Positions 26,215 to 36,437 of a DNA stretch of 55,467 nucleotides are shown one piece after another. A program made the translations under genes and the position numbers. The notes below the pieces were generated by a model. That model did not search any database. It was not told the DNA's origin and worked only from the letters and a program-made list of their open reading frames with translations. The stretch lies in IMG/VR virus record IMGVR_UViG_3300033145_000719, positions 1-55,467 of that record; one strand, written 5' to 3'. This DNA comes from a virus (lineage: Duplodnaviria; Caudoviricetes). Position 1 is the stretch's first letter; each line of letters starts with the position of its first letter.

Positions 26215-26421
26215 TCACTTTCTAAGAATCAATATGTTGGCTATCAGTAGTACTAAAGAAGTAATCATTCCGCCCATTAAACCTATAAGCCAAAAATAAA
26301 ACCTGTTGAGTTTTTCATCAATAACCTGCAGTGAACCGTTTTGTTTTTTCTGCCACTTTTTCAAGCTGCTAATTTGTTCATCGTGACGTGTAACAGTAAT
26401 AACAATATCTTCCATTTTCAT
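26215..26421 (-). CDS. XhlA-like membrane lysis protein
   Basis: Coiled coil plus C-terminal TM helix upstream of the endolysin. Confidence 0.6.
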   Translation of the reverse strand: MKMEDIVITVTRHDEQISSLKKWQKKQNGSLQVIDEKLNRFYFWLIGLMGGMITSLVLLIANILILRK

Positions 26422-26476
26422 TTCTCAGCCCCTCTCGACACACGTTTTTGCAAATTAGGCTCATTTTGAAATGAGG

Positions 26477-26512
26477 AAAGGCTCCCTAGCTAGAGCTCTG
26501 GGGAGCCTTTTA
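26477..26512 (-). terminator. Hairpin terminator
   Basis: AAAGGCTCCC/GGGAGCCTTT stem after the large virion gene. Confidence 0.7.
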
Positions 26513-29500
26513 TTAATAGCCTTTGAATGCCTTCCAGTTACCTATATTTTTGATATTGTCGGGATGACCATACCTGTCCTTAATATAACGTATAGCTGCT
26601 ACCATGTTGTGTACCGGGTCGTAGATGTTGTTCATTCCTTCGACTTGGTACGTTTTAAACGTGGACGGTAACATCTGAAGCAGTCCTGTTGCGTGTTCTC
26701 CGTTAACTGCCGTGGGGTTAACTGCACGTGGGTTGTAGTTAGACTCCCTAGCAGCAAGCCAGTAAAGCCCAGGCACCCAACTGGAATCAATACCCGCAAT
26801 ACGCGCCGCTTGGGAAACTACGTCAGCGAATGTCATACCAGTACCTTTTATAGGTACGTCCATACCCCTTTCTCTCAACAGGCTAACGCCACGCGAAACT
26901 ACTTGTGGCGGTTCAACTTTAACAATTCCTAACTGTCCAGGAGGTTGTTTGCCAGTTTCTCGTGCTGCCTCCGCCAAGTCTTGGTACATTTCTACCGTAC
27001 GTTCTAGCCTCCGCATTTCAGGCGTAGTGCCTTCGGTTATTCTGCCTTCTTCAATAGCTCCACGATGTTCTAAGAAGCTGTACAGCGATGGTCTACGGCC
27101 ATAATATTGTTGCAGATTGGTATAATTTTCATCAGTGAACAGCTTGTTAAGTTTTTCTCTGACTTCTTTATCGCTACCGGTGAATAAATCACCATGAGGA
27201 ACAAGTATATTTTCGTATATCCACGCATTTTGTTCCTCTGGGGATAGTTTGCTAAACCCTTTAACACTATCGGCTATGCTGTAAATAATATTGCGCTTAA
27301 AAGTATTTTTCGGTAGTTCATTTGCCACCTCCATAGCAGTTTCTTTAGCCTTAATCCTTTTGGTAGCTTCGGCTATTGGCTGCGACCCTGGAGATACCTT
27401 TCCTTCCTCTCGCTGCTTGCTTTGGTAAGCATCGATAACATTTTCCAGACGCCCCATAGCAAACGCCTCACTGAGAGGTTTATCGTATACGCTTACTGGT
27501 GATGTTAGTATCCCCAGAAGTCCTTGCAGTTTCGTAGACACAAGTTTTGGACGTTCTAGCATCTTTGGAAAAGCTTTTTCAATCTCCCAAGCCGGAGTAA
27601 GTTGTTTCAGTGAAGCGACGGTACGATCTGCAATTTTCTGCTTCCAGTCAGCAAGCTCGTCCTCTGTAATAGGTTTTCCTGTTGTAGGGTCCCTGCCAAA
27701 GACTCCGATAAAGGGAAGGCTGAGCAGAGGTGAAAGCGACCGCCCAAACTCCCTACCAGCTCCGAGGACGGGTCCTTCCTCGCCGCCGAAATATGCAATA
27801 GCAGTCTCCCAAGGAGGTTGAGGATTAATGTATACTATCTTACCTTCATCATCAGTATCTAAGATTAAAGCAGTTTGCAGCCAGTTAGGAAGTTGTGAGA
27901 CATCAACATCGTTCAAATCAGATAACATGTCTTGAAACCTAAAGTAGCTTGTGTAAGCCCCTGGAGCTTCTGCCAACGCAAGAATACTTCTTGGTATAGC
28001 AAACCTTACCCAACTGTAGAAAGGTATTAGATATTGTCTAACGCCCCTTTCAGCTCTTGTTAACTGTGAGTAGTCAAACAAATAACGTTTGACAAGATTA
28101 GCAGCTTCTTCAGCAGGCATTCCCTGTTCTAAAAAGTGTCTGAAAGCAGCCATTCTTGAAAGAGAGTCAACGAATTCACCGACAGCTCTACCGGCATAAA
28201 CTCCAGGTATACGTTCAGCTATTGTCGCACCACGTGGACCTATAAGAACTGTTTTGATTTTGCTTATAGCTCCCCCTGTAGCTTTCTCCAGGTACTTTTC
28301 CATTTCCCTAGCTACACTCTTCGGAGCTTGTACAACATCGAAAAACTGTCCTTGACCTTCAAGACCATACCGTTTGAACAAATCCAGTATTTCTTTGTCA
28401 CGAGACGTTTTTGCAAGAAGTGTTTCTACTGCTTCCTTATAAAGCTTCGGCTGTTTGCTGTAAGGGATACCAGCCATACGCATGAGTATCATGTTACCTG
28501 TGGTGTTAATGAAGTGGAAGGCTGGCCGTAAAGATGTAACAAGCCCCTTGAAAATTGTAGTAACTTCATTTACAGCCTTACCAAGTAATTTAAATGTCTC
28601 GTCATCCATTTCAAGTACAGGTTTTACGGAATTAAATGCTCTAGCGACTTCTGGGTGTATCATAGTTCCTTTTAGCCACGGGAACAGCTTTCCGCCATCT
28701 TCCCAATCTCGCAGCACCATTTCTTTGGCTTCTTTTGCAGGTTTTATTAAACCTTTAGCAGCCAAATCATCAGTAATTCTTTTCAGCCCTAAAAGTTTTT
28801 CAGCCTGCGCTCTGTAAGTAGCGTTGATCAATGCAATGTCTTCGTAAGGCTCAAATCCCAATTGCTTTAAATCTTCTATGGTTGGTACAGCACGTCTGTA
28901 CATGAAAGACGGCTTCGCACCTGGAACTCTTTCTTTAGCTACCTTTTCAGCCCATGCCTTCAGTATTTTGTCTGCATTTTCAGGCTTCTTCTTCAAAATG
29001 TGCGGTACATAGTGTTCTATTAAAGTTTCTGCGAAATCATCTCCGAAAGCTTCTACAAGACGCCCCGTAATCTCGTCCATAGATTCACTGTATATACGCT
29101 CAGCCTTTAACAACTGGTCTACTATGTTAGGATCAGCGTTTTTAGCAAAAAACTGTTGTTTTGCAGTAACTGGAAGTTCTTTAAAGTTAGCGTAAGCTTT
29201 TCTTATGTTTTCTGGTATATTCTCTTTGGCCCATGTTTCTACAGTTTTCCCACCAGCCTCTGTGCTCATTCTAGAAGCTTCTTTTGCTTGTGTATAAAGT
29301 CTGCGGATGTTCTCTGCGAGCTCTGCATGTTCTGCGGAAGTCATACCCTCCTTATATAGCGGTGTTAGCGGTCTAAATCCCTTAACTCCAGCATTAACTA
29401 TACGTCTCAGTTCCGGGTTTTCTATAACTGCCCTAGCCCATGCCTTGCCTGCCGCCTTGCGCAGCGGTTCCAGATTAGCCAGCGGTATGCCTCTTCCAGC

Positions 29501-30901
29501 CCAGCCAAACTGCAAATACCACCCAGGCTTGGAAGCTCCTCGCAGAGCACGTTCCTCACTGCGCAGACGTTTCACTAGGTCCTGTGCTTGTTCTAGTGAC
29601 GTTTTCGCAGCATCCAACCTAAGCTTAGCGTTCTCAGCAACTCTCATCTTGCTCTGTAACTCTTCTATTTGTCTTGCAATGTCATTACGCTCAGCAACCT
29701 TCTTAGAGATACTGTCTAACCGTTGTTTAAGCTTCTTCTTAGAAAGTCCTGTAACTTTAGTAAATTTTCCTGAACTGAACGCTGCACCTGGTACTCCAGG
29801 TTTCACCTGACGGCTTTGCATAGCCTGCTGTAGCTTTTCCGCTAACGGTTTTCCAGCTTTTGCTATATCTTCTTCAGCTCTTGCTAGGCGTTTTTCAAGG
29901 TTCGGAAGGGCTTTGTGGGCCTTCTCGCCTTCCTTAATAGTCTTCTCAATTTCCGCAGCAAGCTTCTGCGCATTTTCTGCACGCTTACTGACAAGCCTTT
30001 CCGCTCTTGCTATACCATGTTCCAAACTACGCAATCTTCTGGTAGTTTGGAGGGCCTTTTCTACTGCTTTAGTACCTTTCAGGGTTTTACCGGCAACGTT
30101 AATTCCTTTTGCTACTGGACCTATTCCTACATACATTGTAGGGTCTGTTGCTATACCAGTAGCAAAATCCAGCACTTCTGCAGTTATCTCCTTACCTCTA
30201 GGAGAAAGGTTTCGCAAACCTGGAATAACATCCATTACTTCGGGAGCAATAATATGTTTTGGTGCTTCTTCTGGATGAGCAAAAGCACGTAATGCAGCAA
30301 CTACAGCTCCAGGCTGTCGTTTAATTTGTGCTTCTAAAAAACCTGTACCACTTTCTTTGCGCAGTTCTTGAGGCATATACGTCCAGTAAGTTTTGTAAGC
30401 TGCATGAGGTCTTTCAAGCTGACGCATTGTCCAATTAAGGGCTTCAACATACCACGGAGCACCTTTCCTACCACTAACGGCTTGCTCTGCCGCCTCGATG
30501 ACTTTCTTAGGCGCTCCCCCCTGCTTCAAAAGTTCAGGGATATTTTCTGGCTCACGGTAGCCCAGTTTAGCAGCTTCACGGGAGAGTGTGTTTACCCACT
30601 CTTCTTTTTGTTCTTCCGTAGCCGCTTCCGGGAGAGGAGGTATACTTTCAGCTAATGCGGCAGCTGCTGATTTTTGCAAGGCGCGTTCGCGTACACGCGG
30701 GTATTCTTTTAACTTCTCACTCCGGTACTTGGCAGCTTCAGAAGATAACCGCGCGTCATCAACAGGCTGTCTCTGGCTTTGAACCACCAGGCGCCGTAGA
30801 TTTTTTAACTGTTCTTTTAACGCCCTTCTTCGCTCTAACTGTTCTTTTAACGCTCTGCTTCGCTTTAACTGACTTATTCGATTTAACAGACTTATAGGCA
30901 T
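26513..30901 (-). CDS. Large internal virion/ejection protein with C-terminal lytic transglycosylase
   Basis: ARESNYNPRAVN, GLLQM, AAIRYIKDRYG SLT motifs; helical body; YLFDYS...PFYSW segment typical of large polyvalent virion proteins. Confidence 0.82.
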   Translation of the reverse strand: MPISLLNRISQLKRSRALKEQLERRRALKEQLKNLRRLVVQSQRQPVDDARLSSEAAKYRSEKLKEYPRVRERALQKSAAAALAESIPPLPEAATEEQKEEWVNTLSREAAKLGYREPENIPELLKQGGAPKKVIEAAEQAVSGRKGAPWYVEALNWTMRQLERPHAAYKTYWTYMPQELRKESGTGFLEAQIKRQPGAVVAALRAFAHPEEAPKHIIAPEVMDVIPGLRNLSPRGKEITAEVLDFATGIATDPTMYVGIGPVAKGINVAGKTLKGTKAVEKALQTTRRLRSLEHGIARAERLVSKRAENAQKLAAEIEKTIKEGEKAHKALPNLEKRLARAEEDIAKAGKPLAEKLQQAMQSRQVKPGVPGAAFSSGKFTKVTGLSKKKLKQRLDSISKKVAERNDIARQIEELQSKMRVAENAKLRLDAAKTSLEQAQDLVKRLRSEERALRGASKPGWYLQFGWAGRGIPLANLEPLRKAAGKAWARAVIENPELRRIVNAGVKGFRPLTPLYKEGMTSAEHAELAENIRRLYTQAKEASRMSTEAGGKTVETWAKENIPENIRKAYANFKELPVTAKQQFFAKNADPNIVDQLLKAERIYSESMDEITGRLVEAFGDDFAETLIEHYVPHILKKKPENADKILKAWAEKVAKERVPGAKPSFMYRRAVPTIEDLKQLGFEPYEDIALINATYRAQAEKLLGLKRITDDLAAKGLIKPAKEAKEMVLRDWEDGGKLFPWLKGTMIHPEVARAFNSVKPVLEMDDETFKLLGKAVNEVTTIFKGLVTSLRPAFHFINTTGNMILMRMAGIPYSKQPKLYKEAVETLLAKTSRDKEILDLFKRYGLEGQGQFFDVVQAPKSVAREMEKYLEKATGGAISKIKTVLIGPRGATIAERIPGVYAGRAVGEFVDSLSRMAAFRHFLEQGMPAEEAANLVKRYLFDYSQLTRAERGVRQYLIPFYSWVRFAIPRSILALAEAPGAYTSYFRFQDMLSDLNDVDVSQLPNWLQTALILDTDDEGKIVYINPQPPWETAIAYFGGEEGPVLGAGREFGRSLSPLLSLPFIGVFGRDPTTGKPITEDELADWKQKIADRTVASLKQLTPAWEIEKAFPKMLERPKLVSTKLQGLLGILTSPVSVYDKPLSEAFAMGRLENVIDAYQSKQREEGKVSPGSQPIAEATKRIKAKETAMEVANELPKNTFKRNIIYSIADSVKGFSKLSPEEQNAWIYENILVPHGDLFTGSDKEVREKLNKLFTDENYTNLQQYYGRRPSLYSFLEHRGAIEEGRITEGTTPEMRRLERTVEMYQDLAEAARETGKQPPGQLGIVKVEPPQVVSRGVSLLRERGMDVPIKGTGMTFADVVSQAARIAGIDSSWVPGLYWLAARESNYNPRAVNPTAVNGEHATGLLQMLPSTFKTYQVEGMNNIYDPVHNMVAAIRYIKDRYGHPDNIKNIGNWKAFKGY

Positions 30902-30917
30902 TTACAATACCCCCAAG

Positions 30918-31337
30918 TCAAGAACCGGCTGAAAGCGGACCTTTGTAAAACTGCTTCCAATAATTCCAATTCTTCATTATTTCATTTATGCGTTTATTTC
31001 CGCTGTCTGTCGCACTACCGTTTACGTCCTTCATTCTGTCCTTTAACCGATTATAAGCTTCGTCAAACTTAGGCCCTGTAGATTGGCCAGTCCCCACTGG
31101 CGTCATACTTCCTGACCCCATACTTAAGCGCTGCTGTATATTTTCTAAAGCTTTGTTGTGGCGTTCCATTTCTTCCTGCTCCCTTTCCCACTGCCTTTGT
31201 GTCGCAGTCTTGGTCCCCGGCGTGAAAGGCATATAAACAGGATTAGCTGCACGATAAGTGTTTATTGCTTTTAGCAGTTCAGTTAGCCTGTCTAACGGGC
31301 TTATTACCGGTTCTGCACCATACTTTACATTAGCCAA
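30918..31337 (-). CDS. Putative ejection protein
   Basis: TTG start after GGAGGTGG; ERHNKA motif; position between ejection genes. Confidence 0.6.
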   Translation of the reverse strand: MANVKYGAEPVISPLDRLTELLKAINTYRAANPVYMPFTPGTKTATQRQWEREQEEMERHNKALENIQQRLSMGSGSMTPVGTGQSTGPKFDEAYNRLKDRMKDVNGSATDSGNKRINEIMKNWNYWKQFYKGPLSAGS

Positions 31338-31338
31338 C

Positions 31339-32802
31339 TTAAACACCACCTCCAAGTAAGTGGTCAATAAATTCTTTCGGAACATAAGCTACTCCATCTC
31401 TGATGTAACCACCGGAATCTTCAGGCTTAAAACGCTGACCATTTACAATAACTTCTTTAGTTAATGGGTCGTAACTGACTATTGCACCGCGGCTTTCTGC
31501 ATAACTGCGTAATGGCACTAAATTTCCGTTAGCAGAAGCTGTTAGTGATGGCACTGTACTGGCAGTTGAAGGAGAAGTGTCCGGTACCTGTCCAAAAATT
31601 TTTGCAATTGCAGTAGGAAGTTCTTGTCTGTACTGTTCAGAGTAAGCGAAATATGGTAGTAGGCTTAAAGCAGTTGTATAAGCATTTTGTTGCGCTCCAG
31701 TAGCCGTTTGTGCCAATTGTTGTGTCGCGTTATATAAGCGTTCCCAGTCGCCTGTTGCCCTTGCATAAGCCATGTCACGTAAATTCTCTAGTTGTTGCTG
31801 TGTTAACTGTCCACGTGTTTCAGCAAGTGACTGCAACTGGTCGCTAATTTCCTGTTTATTTTGCTGCAGCCACTGCTGTATGTTAGCTAACTTAGCGGCT
31901 TTCTCAGCCTCGGACTGAGCAAGCTGTCGCTGCCTTTCTTCTTCTATCTGAGCTGACAACCAATCAACGACACCACTTCGTCCAGCACCTCTAGCAATTG
32001 CGCTTTCCAAAGCTTTTGCACGTGCCTCTTCAGTAGCAGCCGACAGCGCTTCAGGCACACCTTCATATGCTGCACTAATAGCTCTACTTTGCTCTTCAGC
32101 TTGAGTCTCTAGCCGCTGTAGTGCTCGTTCTAATGCTTGTTGCCTCGGTGTTATCTGCAAATCTGCATATTGTTTTGCTCTCCGCAAAAGCTCTTCTTCA
32201 TTCGGCATTTTATAGCGAGGCACCTGTGCTAGCAAGTCTCGTAAAGCCTGTTCATAAGGAATGGAGTATTTATCCAAATGCTCATTGAATTTCTCTAATA
32301 AATCTTCCAACGAGTACTTCCCTTCGCTAACACCACCAGTTAACTGCTGTTGATTGCCAGGTGTATAAGTGTACTTTCCAGAAGCTATAGTACTTTCAAT
32401 TTTATTAGCTATATCTGGTGAAATTGTACTTACGCCAGCGTTTTCTGTGTACGCCCCTTTCATTATCATGGAAGAGTGCCCAGTTTTGGGGTCATATACC
32501 CTAATATTACCACTTTCTGGGAGATATTCTACAGTGTATCCTTTATTTTCAAAATACTGCCGCGTTTGTACATTACTACTAGATTGGGAGCTTTTACCGC
32601 TGGAGCTGCTAGAACTAGTTTTACCAGAACTGCTAGTTCCTGTCGTTGAAGATGGTTTTGAAAGGCTGTATCCTACCCTAGCTGCATCTGCTTCTAATCT
32701 CTTTTGTAAATCCTTGTCGCCACTTTTCACAGCCTGCTCATAGCGTTTCTGTTGACCTGCAGCATAAGACTCTTTACCACCCCATTTGTCCCAGTAGCCC
32801 AT
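31339..32802 (-). CDS. Putative internal virion protein (Q/A-rich coiled coil)
   Basis: ARGAGRSG motif, coiled coil, Ser-rich linker; position. Confidence 0.68.
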   Translation of the reverse strand: MGYWDKWGGKESYAAGQQKRYEQAVKSGDKDLQKRLEADAARVGYSLSKPSSTTGTSSSGKTSSSSSSGKSSQSSSNVQTRQYFENKGYTVEYLPESGNIRVYDPKTGHSSMIMKGAYTENAGVSTISPDIANKIESTIASGKYTYTPGNQQQLTGGVSEGKYSLEDLLEKFNEHLDKYSIPYEQALRDLLAQVPRYKMPNEEELLRRAKQYADLQITPRQQALERALQRLETQAEEQSRAISAAYEGVPEALSAATEEARAKALESAIARGAGRSGVVDWLSAQIEEERQRQLAQSEAEKAAKLANIQQWLQQNKQEISDQLQSLAETRGQLTQQQLENLRDMAYARATGDWERLYNATQQLAQTATGAQQNAYTTALSLLPYFAYSEQYRQELPTAIAKIFGQVPDTSPSTASTVPSLTASANGNLVPLRSYAESRGAIVSYDPLTKEVIVNGQRFKPEDSGGYIRDGVAYVPKEFIDHLLGGGV

Positions 32803-32803
32803 T

Positions 32804-33235
32804 TTAACTCACCTCCTGTTTTGATAGTCTTGCTTCAGCAGTAGCCAATCGGCTTTTGACGTTACTTAACTCCTTCTTAGCGTCAGCCAACTCAGCTTCC
32901 GCCTTTTCCAACCGTTTTAATAAATTTATCAACCGCAGGTTCTCCGGCTCTTTGTCGTGCAACAGGTGCTCTATGGCCTCCGTCCTGCTGGCATATTTAA
33001 TCCCCTGCGCCTTAGCTATTAGAGCTGGATCAGGGGATAAGGTTTCAACGGTATGCGGGATATTTAGCTCTTTCAGCTTAGATACTGCTAAATCAGCTTC
33101 TTCTTGTGAGTAACAGACAATGCCGTCTTTTTCTATTTGATGGGCATGGAAATTTCCGCGTTGCCCACTCGTTAACGTGACGTGGATAAAATGCGTGGCG
33201 AACACTACAAAGCCGTCAACTGTTTTAAGAAACAT
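32804..33235 (-). CDS. Tail-fibre-associated protein
   Basis: Follows the fibre gene; C-terminal coiled coil. Confidence 0.6.
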   Translation of the reverse strand: MFLKTVDGFVVFATHFIHVTLTSGQRGNFHAHQIEKDGIVCYSQEEADLAVSKLKELNIPHTVETLSPDPALIAKAQGIKYASRTEAIEHLLHDKEPENLRLINLLKRLEKAEAELADAKKELSNVKSRLATAEARLSKQEVS

Positions 33236-33247
33236 TGAAAACACCTC

Positions 33248-36200
33248 TTATAACCTATTACCAGCGGTTGTTACTGTGCCAGTGCCTGCGTCAGAAAAAC
33301 TCCCTGAAACACCTGAATTATACAAATCATTATTAGTAACTATATTACCGTCTGCATCCGTAGAATTAATACTTATTCCGTATCGAGGCTTATTTACCAA
33401 AGAACCTTGTCTACATGTATTTTTCTGGATATTATTATAATTAGAATCACCAAGCACACTAATATTATCGTAAGTAGCATCTACTTCCTGACTATTACTT
33501 TTACAATTATTATTACTTATATTATTACCGTCAGAAGGAGCACCAGAAAATTCTGAAATACATATTCCATCATGATAATTTTCTATACAAACATTTCCAC
33601 TAATATTATTGCCAGAAGAACGAATAACAAAAATTCCTGAACCCCAATGATTAAGAGTTGCATTGCTACCATTACCTTTGCATGTATTTCCAACTATTGT
33701 ATTATTTAAAGAATTATCTATAAATACCCCTGACCATTTATTATTACTACATGTATTACCTGTAATTGTATTATTATTTGAACGAGTTAAATAAGTCCCA
33801 CTGGCATTACCATTATTATTACATGTGTTACCCGTAATTGTATTACCATCTGAATAATATAACTTAATTCCTAAAGAATCATTATTTTCACAAATATTAT
33901 TGTTTATATTATTGTTTATAGAAGACTCTAAACAAATACCAGTATTTCTGAAATCACTTACAGTTGTACTTATTTTACATGAAGTCACACTTTTAAAATA
34001 AATACCATTTTGAACGCCTGAACTATTATTACTTTTATTACCATAAATAGTACCACCATTTATTTGAATATTAGAATTTCCATTTACTTTATCAGTATTT
34101 GTAATAACGTCAATATCTGAATCTAAATTGTCTTTTACCTTGATAACTGTTCCTGGGGACATATTTATTCCAACATTGGAAGGTACAACGATACTATTAT
34201 CAACATCATAAGTACCTTCCAGCAGAACAACCTTGCCCCCACTGGCAGGCAGAGAATTTATCGCTGCATTTATCGTTTCCTGCGCCGAAGTCGAACCTGC
34301 TGGCACCGCAAAGTCAGCACGTTTAGTATCTTGCGTAGTTGAACCATCAGCTACCACAACCGTAGCAGGGGTTTTACCTAATTTATTAGCATACTGTCCT
34401 GCTACAATCACATCCGCTTCTATTTTCCCATCATAAACAATAAGGCCATACTTTCCGGACTCATACTGCCCTAAATGGCATCGTAAATCATTAGACGAAT
34501 CATACACCTTAAAACCATCAGACTGCATTTTGCAGTAACTAGGAAGATTGTGAGGGGATTCTTGGGCGTCATGATTAGCAACCTGGGTATTTGTGTAGCT
34601 ATTAGCGTTCTGTTCAGCAGTATCCGCCTTGCTCTGTGCACCACTTTGTGTCTCTAAAGACGAAGCAGCATTACCTGCAATAACTACATCAGATTCTATA
34701 GTTCCAGCAGTAATAGTTCCCAAATTACCCGAAATTGCTGAAAGCTCATTAACATTTATTTTGTCCGATGTTACTGCCCCTGTAGCAATTTTTTCTGCAA
34801 CAACAGCACCTGCAGCTATCTTTTCAGCTCCAACAGCGTTAGCAGCAAGCTTATCAGTGCTAATTGAACCAGCCGCGATTTTAACACCAGTAACCGAATT
34901 TGCGGCTAAAGCATCGGCTAAAATGCTCTCCGAAACAATGAGACCGCCGTCAACTACGGTGGATTTTGGTACTGTCAGGTGCGTGCCATTCTTGTTGAAA
35001 AAGACCAGGCAATCATCATCTGCAAGGGTAGGTAAAGTATCCGAAGCCTGTAGTACATAGGGATAGTCATAATCCCACCAAATATATTTTGCATTAGAAT
35101 ATCCATCTGCTATGTCGTAGGTCATGCCTTTATACTTTATACCTAAATCATACCAAGCAATATAACCATAGTCTGGTGTGTTATCATAAACTTTAAATTC
35201 ATCAGTTTTATCACGCAAAGTCAAATCAAAAGTAAGTTTGCAGGTAGTATACTGGTCTTTCGGCAACGGTTGTCCACTCGCATACGCTGCTGCAATTTCC
35301 TCGTCCGTCCTGGCTATGTTGGAGATGCGGAGATCGTCGATGAGGCCGTTAAGAAATCGGAAATTACTACGTGGTTTATTAAGAACTAACTCATTACCTA
35401 ACTGCGAATAATCTAATAATTCGCCGACTGCCTCTGCGATTTTCACTCCATTTGCATAAAGTCTATAAACACCATTATCATACACAAAAGCTAAGCAAGC
35501 CCAATCCGTTGTGTCCACTATAAAATTACTTGTTGCGGAAGTTGATGGAGTATAAAAACCCAACTTACCAGAAGTATCCCGAAATAAGTGAGCTTCATAC
35601 TGATCACCAAAACCATCACCAGACTCACCCATATACCAAAAAACATTATAAGAAAGAGTTCCACTAGAGTAATAAGAAAGCGAATTAAACCTAACCCAAC
35701 CTTCGATTGTCCATGCTGGTAAGCCTTTTAGCACACCCTCCGTAGGAATGGTCAAGGTTTCAGCGGAGCGGGTGCCGTCAATGAAGGAGGTGGCGTAGGG
35801 TTTTTTCTCCGCTTGGGCCATTCGAGCAAAAAAGTATGAAGCTCCATCACCAACGAAAACACCACTATCTGAATTGGAGTCATAATGATAGATATTCCAC
35901 ATAGAATCAAATGGATCTATACCTGCTTTTGTTTTCCCTACTATCCATATAACATACGTGTCAACATCAATTCGTTCTATTCCCGCATCAATAGCATCGG
36001 TACGGATTATTGTTCCAGAACTCAAATCAAATACGGTTTCATTCCCATTATTACCTTCCCAGTTTGTATAGCCCGATGTCATTACAATGATTTTATCCCA
36101 AGTGCCACGTTTCACTCTAAATTGGCACCCATAATAAGTGTTCTCTACTACCGAGAAGTACTGCTTTACCCCGTGTAAGTCATCACTTGTATCTTGTACA

Positions 36201-36424
36201 AGTTTGAAAAATCCATCTGATTCGCTCGAAACAGAAATACCAACCTTTTTCCAAGTTGATACAGTAAAATCATCAGGGTCAGATAAAATGTTTGCCGTCC
36301 CCTCCTCTACCCTCACTGCCTGACTGAATTTACCAGGCTCGAAGCGTGGGACGCCTGAGCGAATTTCTGTGCCATCGCTGAGGTATGCTTTAGAATCACG
36401 GGAAAAGCTAGCAGTTACAGACAT
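33248..36424 (-). CDS. Tail fibre/spike: LamG-like domain, fibre repeats, parallel beta-helix
   Basis: WTIEGW...IDDLRISN (LamG); AVxAxKIA repeats; NxITGNTCxxN repeats. Confidence 0.87.
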   Translation of the reverse strand: MSVTASFSRDSKAYLSDGTEIRSGVPRFEPGKFSQAVRVEEGTANILSDPDDFTVSTWKKVGISVSSESDGFFKLVQDTSDDLHGVKQYFSVVENTYYGCQFRVKRGTWDKIIVMTSGYTNWEGNNGNETVFDLSSGTIIRTDAIDAGIERIDVDTYVIWIVGKTKAGIDPFDSMWNIYHYDSNSDSGVFVGDGASYFFARMAQAEKKPYATSFIDGTRSAETLTIPTEGVLKGLPAWTIEGWVRFNSLSYYSSGTLSYNVFWYMGESGDGFGDQYEAHLFRDTSGKLGFYTPSTSATSNFIVDTTDWACLAFVYDNGVYRLYANGVKIAEAVGELLDYSQLGNELVLNKPRSNFRFLNGLIDDLRISNIARTDEEIAAAYASGQPLPKDQYTTCKLTFDLTLRDKTDEFKVYDNTPDYGYIAWYDLGIKYKGMTYDIADGYSNAKYIWWDYDYPYVLQASDTLPTLADDDCLVFFNKNGTHLTVPKSTVVDGGLIVSESILADALAANSVTGVKIAAGSISTDKLAANAVGAEKIAAGAVVAEKIATGAVTSDKINVNELSAISGNLGTITAGTIESDVVIAGNAASSLETQSGAQSKADTAEQNANSYTNTQVANHDAQESPHNLPSYCKMQSDGFKVYDSSNDLRCHLGQYESGKYGLIVYDGKIEADVIVAGQYANKLGKTPATVVVADGSTTQDTKRADFAVPAGSTSAQETINAAINSLPASGGKVVLLEGTYDVDNSIVVPSNVGINMSPGTVIKVKDNLDSDIDVITNTDKVNGNSNIQINGGTIYGNKSNNSSGVQNGIYFKSVTSCKISTTVSDFRNTGICLESSINNNINNNICENNDSLGIKLYYSDGNTITGNTCNNNGNASGTYLTRSNNNTITGNTCSNNKWSGVFIDNSLNNTIVGNTCKGNGSNATLNHWGSGIFVIRSSGNNISGNVCIENYHDGICISEFSGAPSDGNNISNNNCKSNSQEVDATYDNISVLGDSNYNNIQKNTCRQGSLVNKPRYGISINSTDADGNIVTNNDLYNSGVSGSFSDAGTGTVTTAGNRL

Positions 36425-36437
36425 TTACGACAGCCTC

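Noticed and set aside
26513-30901. Virion RNA polymerase or tape-measure protein
   Set aside because: No DxDGD or T7-type RNAP motifs seen; context (nozzle, no tail tube) fits an ejection protein
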